Source: Candidatus Obscuribacteraceae bacterium
GTDB lineage: Bacteria > Cyanobacteriota > Vampirovibrionia > Obscuribacterales > Obscuribacteraceae
DNA length: 64,000 nucleotides
NCBI GenBank assembly: GCA_044226015.1
Contig: JBGAHS010000013.1
Location: 1 to 64,000, forward strand
Direction: 5' to 3'
In this document: positions 39,237 to 49,539 of the stretch, one piece after another
Numbering within the stretch: the first letter of the stretch is position 1
How the letters are laid out: each line of letters starts with the position of its first letter
Program-made: the position numbers and the translations under genes
Notes under the pieces: generated by a model
The model's database searches: none
Told to the model about the DNA's origin: nothing
The model's input: only the letters and a program-made list of their open reading frames with translations

Positions 39237-40211
39237 TTAAGAGGGCTGGCTTAGGCTAAGTGATGAGCTGTCGCACTGTTGTCTTGTCCAAACTTCGAAA
39301 CCAAATCTAGGGACGGCTTTTAGGCAGTCGATCTTTTTGCACGTTGGAAGCGTAGCGATGATTCCGTGTTCCGCAAGATCACTAACTTTGGCAAATTTTT
39401 TGCCATTGAGTATTGGAGCACCTTCTAATTCAAAATGAATTATCTTCTGAATCCGCATAACAAATGACGTGTGCTCAACACCACCTTCAAGCTTTGAAGA
39501 GAAAAGCCCTACTAACCGGTCCTTCCAAAAAACGGGACCTCCGGACATTCCATCTATAACGGGCATGTCAGTTACCCATCTTTCTTGCCGTGTGCCATCT
39601 AAGTACTGAACTATTTGTCCCTTCGAAAGCTTTCGACCAGATTCAAAATTGCAATTCGGCTGATCTTCAGGAGGAACAATGGTTTGACAACCGCCAAATC
39701 CGAAGCCCCAAAGATCGCTGGTTACTTCCGGACTAAAGTAGCTGATCACTGGCTGCGCAAAAGTGGTGCGCCGTGCTATTTCGTTGACAGGACGCAAAAA
39801 AATAAGAGCTAAATCATCATATCCGCTGCTATGCCACATGGCTGACCATAAGCCCATACCTTCTTTTGTTATTCGTCCTCCACATAGCGTCCACGGAGGG
39901 CGAAATGTAGGGATGGGCAGCCCAGGTAATAAAGGACGAGGTTCTGGGACTTGAAACTCTTTAAACAGATTTGATAAGCAGTGACGGGCCGTCACTGCGA
40001 CTAATACTGTTTCCGGTCCCTGTGGTCCAATCCAAATTCCTGACCCAAGTACTGTAGTTGTTCCGGCAGCAAAAAACCTACCATGCATTTTTGCCATTAG
40101 TAGGAGGCAAAAATTTTGCACCGCGTCCTCTTCTTGAGCATCACATATACCGCTTTTTCTAACAGTACCAAGAGAGACTTTCTGGACTATTTTATTTGTT
40201 TTGTCATTCAT
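39237..40211 (-). CDS. trypsin-like serine protease (cytoplasmic)
   Basis: VTARHC, DDLAL, GMSGGPV. Confidence 0.8.
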   Translation of the reverse strand: MNDKTNKIVQKVSLGTVRKSGICDAQEEDAVQNFCLLLMAKMHGRFFAAGTTTVLGSGIWIGPQGPETVLVAVTARHCLSNLFKEFQVPEPRPLLPGLPIPTFRPPWTLCGGRITKEGMGLWSAMWHSSGYDDLALIFLRPVNEIARRTTFAQPVISYFSPEVTSDLWGFGFGGCQTIVPPEDQPNCNFESGRKLSKGQIVQYLDGTRQERWVTDMPVIDGMSGGPVFWKDRLVGLFSSKLEGGVEHTSFVMRIQKIIHFELEGAPILNGKKFAKVSDLAEHGIIATLPTCKKIDCLKAVPRFGFEVWTRQQCDSSSLSLSQPS

Positions 40212-40287
40212 CCTGGGGCATTCTCAGAAATTCATCTTATGCGACAACTAGAAATTTCGTCTTTCAACCTTGAAGCGCTGATAGCAA

Positions 40288-40923
40288 TTAGTTTCCTGTT
40301 CCGAAAAACCATTGCAACCAGCCTTTCTTCTTTTTCAGGAGTTCCTCGTTCTGGGCTCTCACTGCCGCGAGTTCAGCTTCTACCTGCTCTAATTTCGTAC
40401 TCAAAGCTTCCTTTTCCGCTTGAGCTTTTTCTTCTGCGCCCTTTTGCAAATCAGGAAGCAATCGCAATTGCCTATCTTTTTCCACTACTTCCTGGCGAAG
40501 TTCATAAATTACTTGTGTCTGCTGATCTAGTTTATCTGCAAACTGTTGGGTAATGGATCTGAATATACTTTCAATATCCAAATTGTGCTGTTGAGTTTCC
40601 GGTGCAGGGTCTTCTCCTGCGGATGACTCGCAAGAGTCCTCAGTTTCATATTCATCTTCGATAGTTGCTTCTGCATAGACAGCTTTCAGTGATTGATTGG
40701 TGATGAATACTAAGATGGGTGAATTGGCGCTTGAGCCTATACGTTTCGACTTGAACTTTCTTGCTTTTATATAACGTCTGATAGTCTTTTCATGCAACCC
40801 AGTGGCCTCGGACGCCTTACTTATGGTCATCCATTCACCATCTTTGGTAGCTGTCCTGACAAGCTGCTCACTCTGTCCAGGTGAGAAATCTTGTGTCTGA
40901 GCCGTAATATCAATATTGTCCAT
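40288..40923 (-). CDS. HTH plus coiled-coil protein with aromatic C-terminal helix (candidate single-protein partition factor)
   Basis: WMTISKASEATGLHEKTIRRYIK HTH, acidic linker, coiled coil, KKGWLQWFFG tail. Confidence 0.75.
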   Translation of the reverse strand: MDNIDITAQTQDFSPGQSEQLVRTATKDGEWMTISKASEATGLHEKTIRRYIKARKFKSKRIGSSANSPILVFITNQSLKAVYAEATIEDEYETEDSCESSAGEDPAPETQQHNLDIESIFRSITQQFADKLDQQTQVIYELRQEVVEKDRQLRLLPDLQKGAEEKAQAEKEALSTKLEQVEAELAAVRAQNEELLKKKKGWLQWFFGTGN

Positions 40924-41029
40924 TCTGTATATCCAGCTGGTGTTGCGCGGTACCGCCTACGGTATTATAGGAAAAATTCCACAAATCTGCATCATATTAA
41001 TTCAGCTTTCAGTATCAAATGTCCAGTCT

Positions 41030-41804
41030 TGTCTAGACAATATATCACCGGCTAAAACCATACTCTTGAATCATTTCAGCTGATACCTTCGACAGCACTT
41101 GTCTATACAACTAGAGGCATCCACAACTGCGATTTATTGTGGCGGTCTTTTCAAGCCACCACAGGTAACATCATTTAATTGAACACAGTTCCATATCTTT
41201 TGGAGCTCGTCCTTGCAGCCCCATTTGTTTTTCCTGCTTAGGATCAGTCTCCGGTCCTTATGGTCACTCATTACATCTCTTGGAACTTATATGCGACTGA
41301 GCAGGCTTAAGTGCTGGGAATGCTGTTGTGACTCACGTTTTGCTGTGTCGCATGGACAACGCGATGGAGCGGACTAGACACGACGCTTGATTCGTATCTG
41401 AATGCCGAATGCACCGTGCACCAAGGCACTGATGTTCAAATTTGAATTGGACTGAGTAGGTGCTTGAGCAGTATGTTCACTCACACATTCTGTCAGTTTT
41501 GTATGATTCCGGATTTGGTATCACTAAATTTTGCGGTCACTTCTATATAAAAGGACTGCCTGGCGATCAATCTGCAAGCTAACTGCTCAGTTATCGCCTA
41601 TTTATTGTCCAGTTGTCCTATGTCTAGACATTCTTCGAGATTGCTCATCCTGATGAAGGCGCGAGTCCCGCAACCATATCTGGTATTGCATAACCGATCT
41701 CTGTCTGGACAAACTGTGCAGTCATGACAAAAATATATTTTGCGACAAATTTCTATTGATCTGTCTAGACATCTTGTGTATATTTTTCATGGACAGTCTA
41801 GACA
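41030..41804. repeat. cluster of TGTCTAGACA palindromes
   Basis: Exact copies at 41030, 41621, 41762 (also 43110); one-mismatch copies at 41100, 41702, 41795. Confidence 0.8.
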
Positions 41805-42011
41805 AGATTGCTGAAAGCAGCCCAGGTCAACAAAAAGCACTTGATCAATTTTCTCTTAGGCTTTAGGATCGCATCGATCGTTTCACTTCAACCATCTTTT
41901 TGACAGCACCGTTAATGGTGCTCAAATCTAGAAAGCGACCTCATCATTTTTGCTCTTTCCTCAACCCAACAAATTGGACCGGTCATCGAATCTCGCCCTG
42001 GTTTTGATGAT

Positions 42012-43340
42012 TTGTTTTCACGATACTGTGAACTCTTTTCCGATCGCTACGGAGCTGCTGTGAGGAAATCTGGCTCTGTGAACTGGCGACCAATGAGTAG
42101 GTTTCATTTTCTTTCCAATGAAGAAATACAAGAGTGTATATCTGCTCAAACTGACGTGGAACGTTCCATTGTTTTAGACGAGACTGCGCGACTTGCGGTC
42201 ATCGAAGTTCCCTCAGCAAGCATCTATCACAATTCTGAAAGCATATTGGAACTGCGTCGTTTACTCTGGTCTCACACAATCAAAACAGTTCTCTACGAAT
42301 TCAGAAGCGACTGGTTCATCTATATATTTTTAGATCAGCCATTACTACAGGGGCAACTCAACACATTTTTGTCGAAGCTATTGCAAGCAATGCACTACTC
42401 TTTGGATTCGACTAATCTCAAGGTCCACTCTTCTTCTAGAGGCAGTGAGTCTTTGGCTCTGCCATTACAAAAGGGTTTTGCCTGGCTTGATGAACAGTGC
42501 CGGCCGCTGATTCATCGGGACTCTATTACTTGTTTAGATTCGCTGCAGAACTTTTTTGAAGACTTTGAAAATGCAGTCAATCAATCAGAGCACCTTCATT
42601 CTTATATCTCTTCTTGGCTTTTGCAAATAGATAATTGCTTGCTATCAGATGCCACCGTTGATAGTGGTGCAAGCAATGGCAACACTATCGTGAGCTTAAA
42701 CTCTTCGCCTTCGCTAGATTTTTTTCACGAGGCTAGCGAAGCAATTATTAAGCTAAAACTGGCTTTCTGTAAGCCCGCTGATCGAACTGATTCTTTTAAA
42801 CCCTTGGATGAACTTGCTGTGCCAGTGCCCTATTGCACTGGCACTTCCGAGGCATTCCAACCTCCTTGCGAAAACGTCCTCAACAATCCAGGACAACTGG
42901 TTGTCCTGGACTCCAGTCCAGCGGTTCACTCCGAATCCTTGGTGCCAGATGAACTGAAACCTAATGAGCAGGAACTTTCACCAATTGTTTTTAGCTCCGC
43001 TGCACAAAACCCTCGCCCATTCCAAATGGCACTGCTCCCTTGTGAACCCAAGCACTGCTCAATTAAGTCCGAAAAAGCTGATCTGCCATTTGATTCAACA
43101 AACGGAACTTGTCTAGACACGCAGTCCAGTTCCCTGAACCTCGAGACTAAATTAGCACTATCGCTTGATCCTCACATGGTCGAAAGAGCGAACTCAATTA
43201 GTCCTCCAAATTTTCAAGAAAACGAGCAAGTATCCGCATCAAAAGATGTTTCTCCGCTAGAGAATGCTACTGGCAAAACAAAACAATTAAGCCTGTCTTT
43301 ATTTGAACCTGCCGATAGAGCTCCTCCAATTGCGGAATAA
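42012..43340 (+). CDS. degenerate AEP/primase-polymerase-like protein (paralog of 44027 N-terminus) with disordered tail
   Basis: Aligns by eye with 44027: RLAVIEV vs RFAVLDID, DWFIYIFLD vs GWHLYIFFD, LALPLQKGFAWL vs LRLPMQPGWAWL. Confidence 0.7.
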   Translation: MFSRYCELFSDRYGAAVRKSGSVNWRPMSRFHFLSNEEIQECISAQTDVERSIVLDETARLAVIEVPSASIYHNSESILELRRLLWSHTIKTVLYEFRSDWFIYIFLDQPLLQGQLNTFLSKLLQAMHYSLDSTNLKVHSSSRGSESLALPLQKGFAWLDEQCRPLIHRDSITCLDSLQNFFEDFENAVNQSEHLHSYISSWLLQIDNCLLSDATVDSGASNGNTIVSLNSSPSLDFFHEASEAIIKLKLAFCKPADRTDSFKPLDELAVPVPYCTGTSEAFQPPCENVLNNPGQLVVLDSSPAVHSESLVPDELKPNEQELSPIVFSSAAQNPRPFQMALLPCEPKHCSIKSEKADLPFDSTNGTCLDTQSSSLNLETKLALSLDPHMVERANSISPPNFQENEQVSASKDVSPLENATGKTKQLSLSLFEPADRAPPIAE

Positions 43341-43418
43341 TCGCGTTCAAAGTTGGTACTTATCTGATACAAAATTTCGTATCAAAGTCGTTATCACTGA
43401 ATTCTGAAACTACTAACA

Positions 43419-43841
43419 ATGCAAGATCTAGAACAACACATCAATGTTCTCAAGAAGCATGGCTATGATCAAGATGAGGCTCTCATAATTCTATGGCGCC
43501 TTCAACTCATCAAAGTGATTAATGCTGAGATCAACCGTCGGCAATGGACGCAACGCAAAGCTGCTGCCCTGCTCAAGGTGCCGCAACCTCGTATTGCCGA
43601 AATCGCAGTTCTGGCTAGTGAAAAGTTTTCAGTGGAGTTTCTACTTAAACTAATACAGCGCCTCGGGCTAAAAGCTTCGCTTATAGTAAAACCCGGAAAG
43701 AATTATGTGCGCCCTGAACGAATTAAGCCCACCATGAAGCATACCAAGCGTTTGCAAGGTAAAACAAAAGCTTCTGGATTCGCAATCCCTAAATCAGTAC
43801 AAAGGAGGATCACAAACACCAAAAAAGCACTAATTGACTAG
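43419..43841 (+). CDS. XRE/HigA-like HTH regulator
   Basis: WTQRKAAALLKVPQPRIAEI...EKFSVEFLLKL. Confidence 0.8.
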   Translation: MQDLEQHINVLKKHGYDQDEALIILWRLQLIKVINAEINRRQWTQRKAAALLKVPQPRIAEIAVLASEKFSVEFLLKLIQRLGLKASLIVKPGKNYVRPERIKPTMKHTKRLQGKTKASGFAIPKSVQRRITNTKKALID

Positions 43842-44026
43842 GAAACCCTTTAAAACAAAAACACCGCCTGGCAGCGATGCTTTGTTTAAGACCAATAACG
43901 GATCTGATATTCCATTTGTATCTCAGGTGTTTGGCTACTTCCTGATAGCAATAAGAATAAAGCACAGATCCGGCTAGGTCAACTCATCTCAAATTAGAAA
44001 GAGAGACCATTACGACCGGACTTATA

Positions 44027-45826
44027 ATGTCGTCCTCGCAGACTGCAGGGACGCCGACCAGATTTGTGCGAGAAAATTACTTCCCGTCTTCTTGGAATAC
44101 GGGAACAGAGCAGTTCTGTGCCTTATATCCAAACCGGTACGGATATATCTACAAACCGCTTCCCGGAGGCAACTGGCTTTCTGCCGACGAGAAATGGCAG
44201 CTCTCTGATTCGCTGATTCTTAAGTCCATAGCCTGTGCGCATCAAAAGTACTTTATTGGGACCCGTGCTGGTCGGGCCTCTAGATTTGCAGTCCTCGATA
44301 TTGATACAGGCAGCAAATATCATTCAGTAGAACAATTCCATCGCATCAGAGCAGTTCTTGCGAAGGCTGGACTTCGCAATCTAGTTCCTTACAGATCAAG
44401 CTCATCTGGTGGATGGCATCTGTATATATTCTTTGATAAGGCGATAAGCTCACGTGATTTGAATAAGCAGCTCACAGTTCTTCTGCAGTTAAACCGGATC
44501 CAAGTGCAGCGAGGACAGCTTGAGGTCTTTCCAAATCCGGGGCAGGCAAACACGCTCGGTTTCGGATTACGTCTGCCGATGCAGCCGGGTTGGGCCTGGC
44601 TTAATCCAGAAACAATGGAACTTGAAACGGAGCGGGAAGAATTAACCGCTCTGGAGGCTCTGGACCTTTTCATTTTTGACCTTCAAAATTGCTGCAACAG
44701 CGAGCATGATTTCCATCGGCTAAAAAGATATGTGGAAGATGGACTTGCAGAGAACAGTCATATTGCAGCTAAGCAACCAACGACCAAGCCGCTGCGTAGA
44801 GACAATGTTGTGCCGCTCAGACGACAAACCCCGCCGGCCGATCCTGGCGCAACCAGTCTTGTCCTCAAGGCGTTTGCCACACTACCTCCGGGAATACTCG
44901 CCGACGTCTGGATCAAAGGACGCAATTATTTTCAACAGGGACTCTCTGGACCCGGACAGAGAGCCGAAGCAATTTGCTCACTCTCACATTACCTTTTCTA
45001 TGGCGACCCGGAAAACGGTCTTCAAGCAATGGGATATGGTCACGAACAAGAGCGACAGTATTTGCTCGAGCAGTACCTGGAGACAAAGCATAATGGGCAC
45101 AGCAATGAGATTAATGAAGGTAGAGCAGATGCGCTTGCCCAAATCAAACGGGCAACAAATTGGAGGCCGGCTGACAAACAGGAGCGGGAAATCAGAGCAT
45201 ATTCAAAAGAAGTGCCGGCATCATGGCCGCTTGAAAATGAGCGGCGCAAGCAAGCAGCACGTATGCGCATTCAGCAGGCTGTGGACGAGCTCACAAGTGC
45301 AGGAGCTCAGGTGACAGCCAGCGCCGTACAACAAATTGCACGCTGTTCCTGGAAGACCCTCTACAAGCACGCGGATCTCTGGCGCGGGCCCCAGGCTGCT
45401 GACAATTTAGCGCCTTCTCAATATGAACAAATCGCCGCTGACTTTTTTGAATCTTCTACACACGAATATAACGATGTGATCTTGGGAAATTATTCTCCCT
45501 CGTCTGTTCTCACTGACCCTACTGGGAATTCTTTGTCTAGCTTAGACGAGTCCGGTGTTTGTCTAGTTTCCGGGAACAGAACAGAATCTATCAGCACGAG
45601 TATTTTGATCGCAGAGCTTTCTGATCCGCTAGTTCCTCTATTCAATCGATTGCCTGGAGGTCGTGGCAGAAAGAAACCAATTTTCTGTCTCGCGTTGGAG
45701 TTCTTGAACATCTTTTGGTTCCTACCTCTGTTTTGTTTTTGTTATCTCTACGATCCTGTTCTGAGACCATGGTCATCAAATTATTTAGCCAGGAGAAGAA
45801 GAAGTCGCTCAGCTGCCTTGGAGTAG
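44027..45826 (+). CDS. putative replication initiator with AEP primase-polymerase domain and C-terminal HTH
   Basis: FAVLDID (DxD), RSSSSGGWHLY (SxxGxH), LEVFPN, LRLP; C-terminal VTASAVQQIARCSWKTLYKH. Confidence 0.7.
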   Translation: MSSSQTAGTPTRFVRENYFPSSWNTGTEQFCALYPNRYGYIYKPLPGGNWLSADEKWQLSDSLILKSIACAHQKYFIGTRAGRASRFAVLDIDTGSKYHSVEQFHRIRAVLAKAGLRNLVPYRSSSSGGWHLYIFFDKAISSRDLNKQLTVLLQLNRIQVQRGQLEVFPNPGQANTLGFGLRLPMQPGWAWLNPETMELETEREELTALEALDLFIFDLQNCCNSEHDFHRLKRYVEDGLAENSHIAAKQPTTKPLRRDNVVPLRRQTPPADPGATSLVLKAFATLPPGILADVWIKGRNYFQQGLSGPGQRAEAICSLSHYLFYGDPENGLQAMGYGHEQERQYLLEQYLETKHNGHSNEINEGRADALAQIKRATNWRPADKQEREIRAYSKEVPASWPLENERRKQAARMRIQQAVDELTSAGAQVTASAVQQIARCSWKTLYKHADLWRGPQAADNLAPSQYEQIAADFFESSTHEYNDVILGNYSPSSVLTDPTGNSLSSLDESGVCLVSGNRTESISTSILIAELSDPLVPLFNRLPGGRGRKKPIFCLALEFLNIFWFLPLFCFCYLYDPVLRPWSSNYLARRRRSRSAALE

Positions 45827-45935
45827 GGATAGAATCGCAGAATGCCTGTAGGAACCATGAACTTGTTTACAATTAAGGGACCGAATATACAGAGGTCTGG
45901 ATTTTGAGTTTGGTGGAACCGCATTGGAATCAGAA

Positions 45936-46010
45936 TGTACTTTGGCGAATTCCGTTGCGCCGGTTGGCGCGATATTTTGAGCACACCGAATCCAAAATTT
46001 CAATATTGAT
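45936..46010 (+). repeat. 75-bp direct repeat, copy 1 (IS21-like end)
   Basis: Two mismatches versus 52353..52427; followed by AATT(T)AATTTGCCA sub-terminal repeats. Confidence 0.85.
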
Positions 46011-46174
46011 GGCAATGTGCAAATTAATTTGCCAATGAACGCAAAACAATTCGCCAATAATGCCGCAATTTAATTTGCCAAATTGTATTTTCGTGGTTTT
46101 TGCTTTTAATGATTTACTTGCGTATGAAATGATCATGGACAATGAAAAAAGAACTCCGTATTGCCTCATACGCA

Positions 46175-47580
46175 TTGCGTCAAAATGGATCGTACCGCCA
46201 CTTAAACCGTTGCGCCAAATAAAATTGTACTCAAACGCTACGTATGTTTGGGGCGACTCATCAATGCAAAATCGTATGACTTTAAAAACTAAACGTGAAA
46301 TTGTAGAAGTTTTTCGCGCTGAATATTGTTCAGCCGATTTGAAACGAAAAACGGAACTTCTCGATGCTTTCACCAAAGCAACTGGACTTTCTAGAAAGCA
46401 TTCAATTACGGTGCTGCGAAAAAGTCCAGTTACAAACGTGGATTCTTCAAAACAGAAGAGAGGGCGGCGATCAATGTATAATCGAGATGAAATTGAAATT
46501 CTGATAAAAGCATGGCATTTAGCAAGCTGTATTTGTTCTAAGCGCCTTCAGCCCTTCATGCCTGAGCTACTTCTTGAATTGGAAAAATCTGGATCAAGCA
46601 TCTCCCGAAGAAGCCGCACAAATCTAATCGGAATGAGCGCTAGAACTATAGATAGATTGTTGCAAAGAGAGCGTGCTCGAAGTAAACGGGCTGTTCCAAC
46701 CACGAAACCAGGAAGCTTGTTGAGACATCAAATTCCGATTCACACGCGAACACCATTTCAGATCAAAGGGATTGATTGTGACAATGGCCGCGAGTTCATG
46801 AACGAACTGTTAATAGATTGGTGCAAAGAAAAGGCAATATCATTCACTCGCTCACGAGAGTACAAAAAGAACGACCAAGCTTGGATTGAAGAAAAGAATC
46901 GCTCTGTTGTGCGAAAGCATGTTGGACATGCGCGCTTTGAAGGAGTGAAAGCAGCTCATATCTTGAATCAGTATTATTCAGTCCTACGCCTGTACATCAA
47001 TTTCTTTCAACCATGCCAAAAGCTGCTTTTGAAAGAGCGGGTCGGTTCGAAGACCTACAAGAAGCATGATGCTGCGAAGACGCCGTATCAGAGAGTGCTG
47101 GAAAGTAAGCATGTATCAAAAAAAGATAAACAGCTCTTAAAAGAGCAAAAGAAAAACCTTTCGATGGTTGTGTTGCACGAAGAACTCTTCGATTTAGGAA
47201 AGCGATTGAGACAGCAGGCAATTGACCCAACATCTCCTTTAGCAGCGGCTTTGGCTTCACAAAGAATGTCAACGTTTAAGTTTGTCGAATTTCCTACCGA
47301 GGTTAAGGTTAACTCGCAAATAGATCAGAAACAGAATATGGCTCAACGGATTAGGACGCATTTGTTATTGTTCCCGACTGGTCATACATTTCGACCTTGC
47401 GACTTCCGGCACATTGCACCGCGGCATCTAATCGATGTTTATTTCAGGCGTTGGATGCAGAAAAATACATTGATCAAAGTCGGCTGGGGACGATACAAAA
47501 AAGCTTGATTCCGTAGCGTTTGAGTACGATTTTATTTGGCGCAACGGTTTAAAAGGCGGTACGAATTTAATTTGACGCAA
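46175..47580 (+). mobile_element. ISNCY-like element with ~68-bp terminal inverted repeats
   Basis: 46175..46242 is a near reverse complement of 47512..47580, each with internal TTGCG(T/C)CAAA..T(C/T)GTAC tandem units. Confidence 0.8.
46264..47508 (+). CDS. ISNCY-like DDE transposase, internally deleted, with C-terminal wHTH domain
   Basis: LLDAFTKATGLSRKH, TTKPGSLL, DCDNGREF, FTRSREYKKNDQAWIEEKN; lacks the EADLVAHCG segment present in the neighbour. Confidence 0.8.
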   Translation: MQNRMTLKTKREIVEVFRAEYCSADLKRKTELLDAFTKATGLSRKHSITVLRKSPVTNVDSSKQKRGRRSMYNRDEIEILIKAWHLASCICSKRLQPFMPELLLELEKSGSSISRRSRTNLIGMSARTIDRLLQRERARSKRAVPTTKPGSLLRHQIPIHTRTPFQIKGIDCDNGREFMNELLIDWCKEKAISFTRSREYKKNDQAWIEEKNRSVVRKHVGHARFEGVKAAHILNQYYSVLRLYINFFQPCQKLLLKERVGSKTYKKHDAAKTPYQRVLESKHVSKKDKQLLKEQKKNLSMVVLHEELFDLGKRLRQQAIDPTSPLAAALASQRMSTFKFVEFPTEVKVNSQIDQKQNMAQRIRTHLLLFPTGHTFRPCDFRHIAPRHLIDVYFRRWMQKNTLIKVGWGRYKKA

Positions 47581-47619
47581 CACGCTCATCCAAAATCTTA
47601 CTATCTCCGCATTGCTATT

Positions 47620-49183
47620 TCAGTCAATTCTTCAAAGATTTGAAATGTATTTTCAGGAGATAGAGATAGTTTTAAATGTTGAGCTTCTAGGTTCTAGGAT
47701 AAGTTGTTTTTGCCGCCATTCTAGAACTCTTCGCTGCAGTGTTCTGCGTTGGTTTATTTTGTACTTTTGTGGATCTTCTTTGATTAGTTCGAGAAGAAGA
47801 TCTTTTGTGGGTCAAGCTCTAAACGCAGCTGAACTGCTGACCATGCGCTTTCGAAAGGGTCCTTCTCGTTCTATGCGTTCGGGGTGGCATGGGTTTGCGT
47901 GGTTTCTTTCCTCGATGAAATTTCTTACCAATTTTTGCGATTGCTCTGGGTTCTTGTAGCTCGTAAATCTTTGCGATCGTTTCGGCGACCAGGCTCGGTG
48001 CTTCCACGCTGGTTGGCTGTTGCCATGCATATTTGTTCAAATTGTCCTGAAGGTCTTTGATATGATTGAGAAGAGACATTGGATCCAAATCGTCAAATGA
48101 GGCTGCGAGTCTCTTCTTAATAGCAGGTTTGATGTATTGCGAGTCAATCAACCTCTGGCAGGGCGTTTTTGCTTTGTCATATCGTTTGATTGTTTTGGAA
48201 CCATTTCTTGTTTTATCCAGCAGCTTTTGAGACGGCTGAAAATAGTTCACATAGAGTCGGAGTTTTGCATACAATGCGGCCATTGCACGTCATGGTTCTA
48301 GTCCTTCAAATCGATCGTACCCGACAGTACGACGGACAACTGAACCATTTTTCTCTTCAACGTGAGCCTGATCGTTTTTGCGATAGGCAAGAGCGCGTGT
48401 AAACGTGATGCACTCTGATTCGCAGAATTTCATCAGCTCGTGGTTGATAAATTCGCTTCCGTTGTCAGTGTCTAATCCAAGCAAGGGAAATGGTAAAACA
48501 TTCCGAATGCCTTCCAGTGCCTTTCTAACGTCGGCATCGCTTCTGCGTAGTAGTGGGACGCATTCGATCCACCCGGTTGAAATATCCGTGAGAGTGCGCG
48601 TATGCAGAAACGATCCACTTGCCCGATCACCGCAATGTGCAACGAGGTCTGCTTCCACAAAGCCAGGAGTTACATCGCTCCAATCGGCGAAAGTGCGAAT
48701 TGGAATTTGCTTTTTGAGCAATGACCCTGCACGGGTTGTGCTGATGCCCTTCTTATTTTTATTGATTCGCTCGTTGCGTAATATTCTTTCGGCAGTTGCA
48801 GCGCTCATTTTTAAGAGGCGCTGCTTCACTGCAGTGGTGAGGGAGAGATGATTATGCTTCTCCAATGACTCAACAAAATTTGGAAGAAATGGAATTAAAC
48901 GCTTAGGACAGATTTCGTTTGCGGCTCTCCATACCGTCATGAACGCTAAGCGGACCTTGTCGCCATAAATCTTCTGGCGTTGCTTTTTTGTTTTCTCCTT
49001 CAGCTCTCGTTCTTGCTCCGTACTATTCAGGAGTGTAATAGCGTATTTCCTCCTGTAACCGCTTGCTTGAACAAAAGCATCAAGAATTTGATTCTTTTCT
49101 TTTCGCTTTGCTGATTGGTATTTACTCCTTATTCTTTCCAGCAATTCTTTGCGCGTACGTAGACTCATTTTTGTAGCCTCCAT
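47620..49183 (-). pseudogene. ISNCY-like DDE transposase pseudogene
   Basis: EADLVAHCG, DTDNGSEF, KNDQAHVEEKN; in-frame TGA at 48290-48292 (both ORFs share one frame) and a frameshift near the RTRKDPF-like region; end motif GATTTT..ATGAGCGTGTTGC at ~49225 and inverted at ~47576. Confidence 0.85.
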
Positions 49184-49539
49184 TAATGACCCTTTCTAGT
49201 CCCGAAGGAGGTTGTTAGGGTTCGATTTTAAATGAGCGTGTTGCAATTTACTATTGAAAGTTCAATTTTTGATGATGCAATGCGCAGCTCAAAATTAATT
49301 GACCACGAGTTCTTTTTAATTAGACCACCATCATGAAAATCGCAACACAAGGTATGATCGTATTTGCAGGCTTTCTTGCTCCTTAGGATTACTGTCTCGA
49401 ATTTCCTATTCGAACGAGATCAACCACAAGTGCAAAAGGACGGACCGCCACTCTGGTCCAGCAACAGCTGATTTGAAGATGTGAAAAAATCATCCGATGC
49501 AGGACTCTATCAGAATCAACTTGAAAAGGAGTCCCTACC

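Noticed and set aside
41030..41804. TGTCTAGACA repeats as CRISPR repeats or classical iterons
   Set aside because: 10-bp palindromes with irregular spacing rather than periodic direct repeats
46060..46263. N-terminal extension of the transposase ORF
   Set aside because: Runs through the terminal inverted repeat; the real start is probably 46264 or 46276
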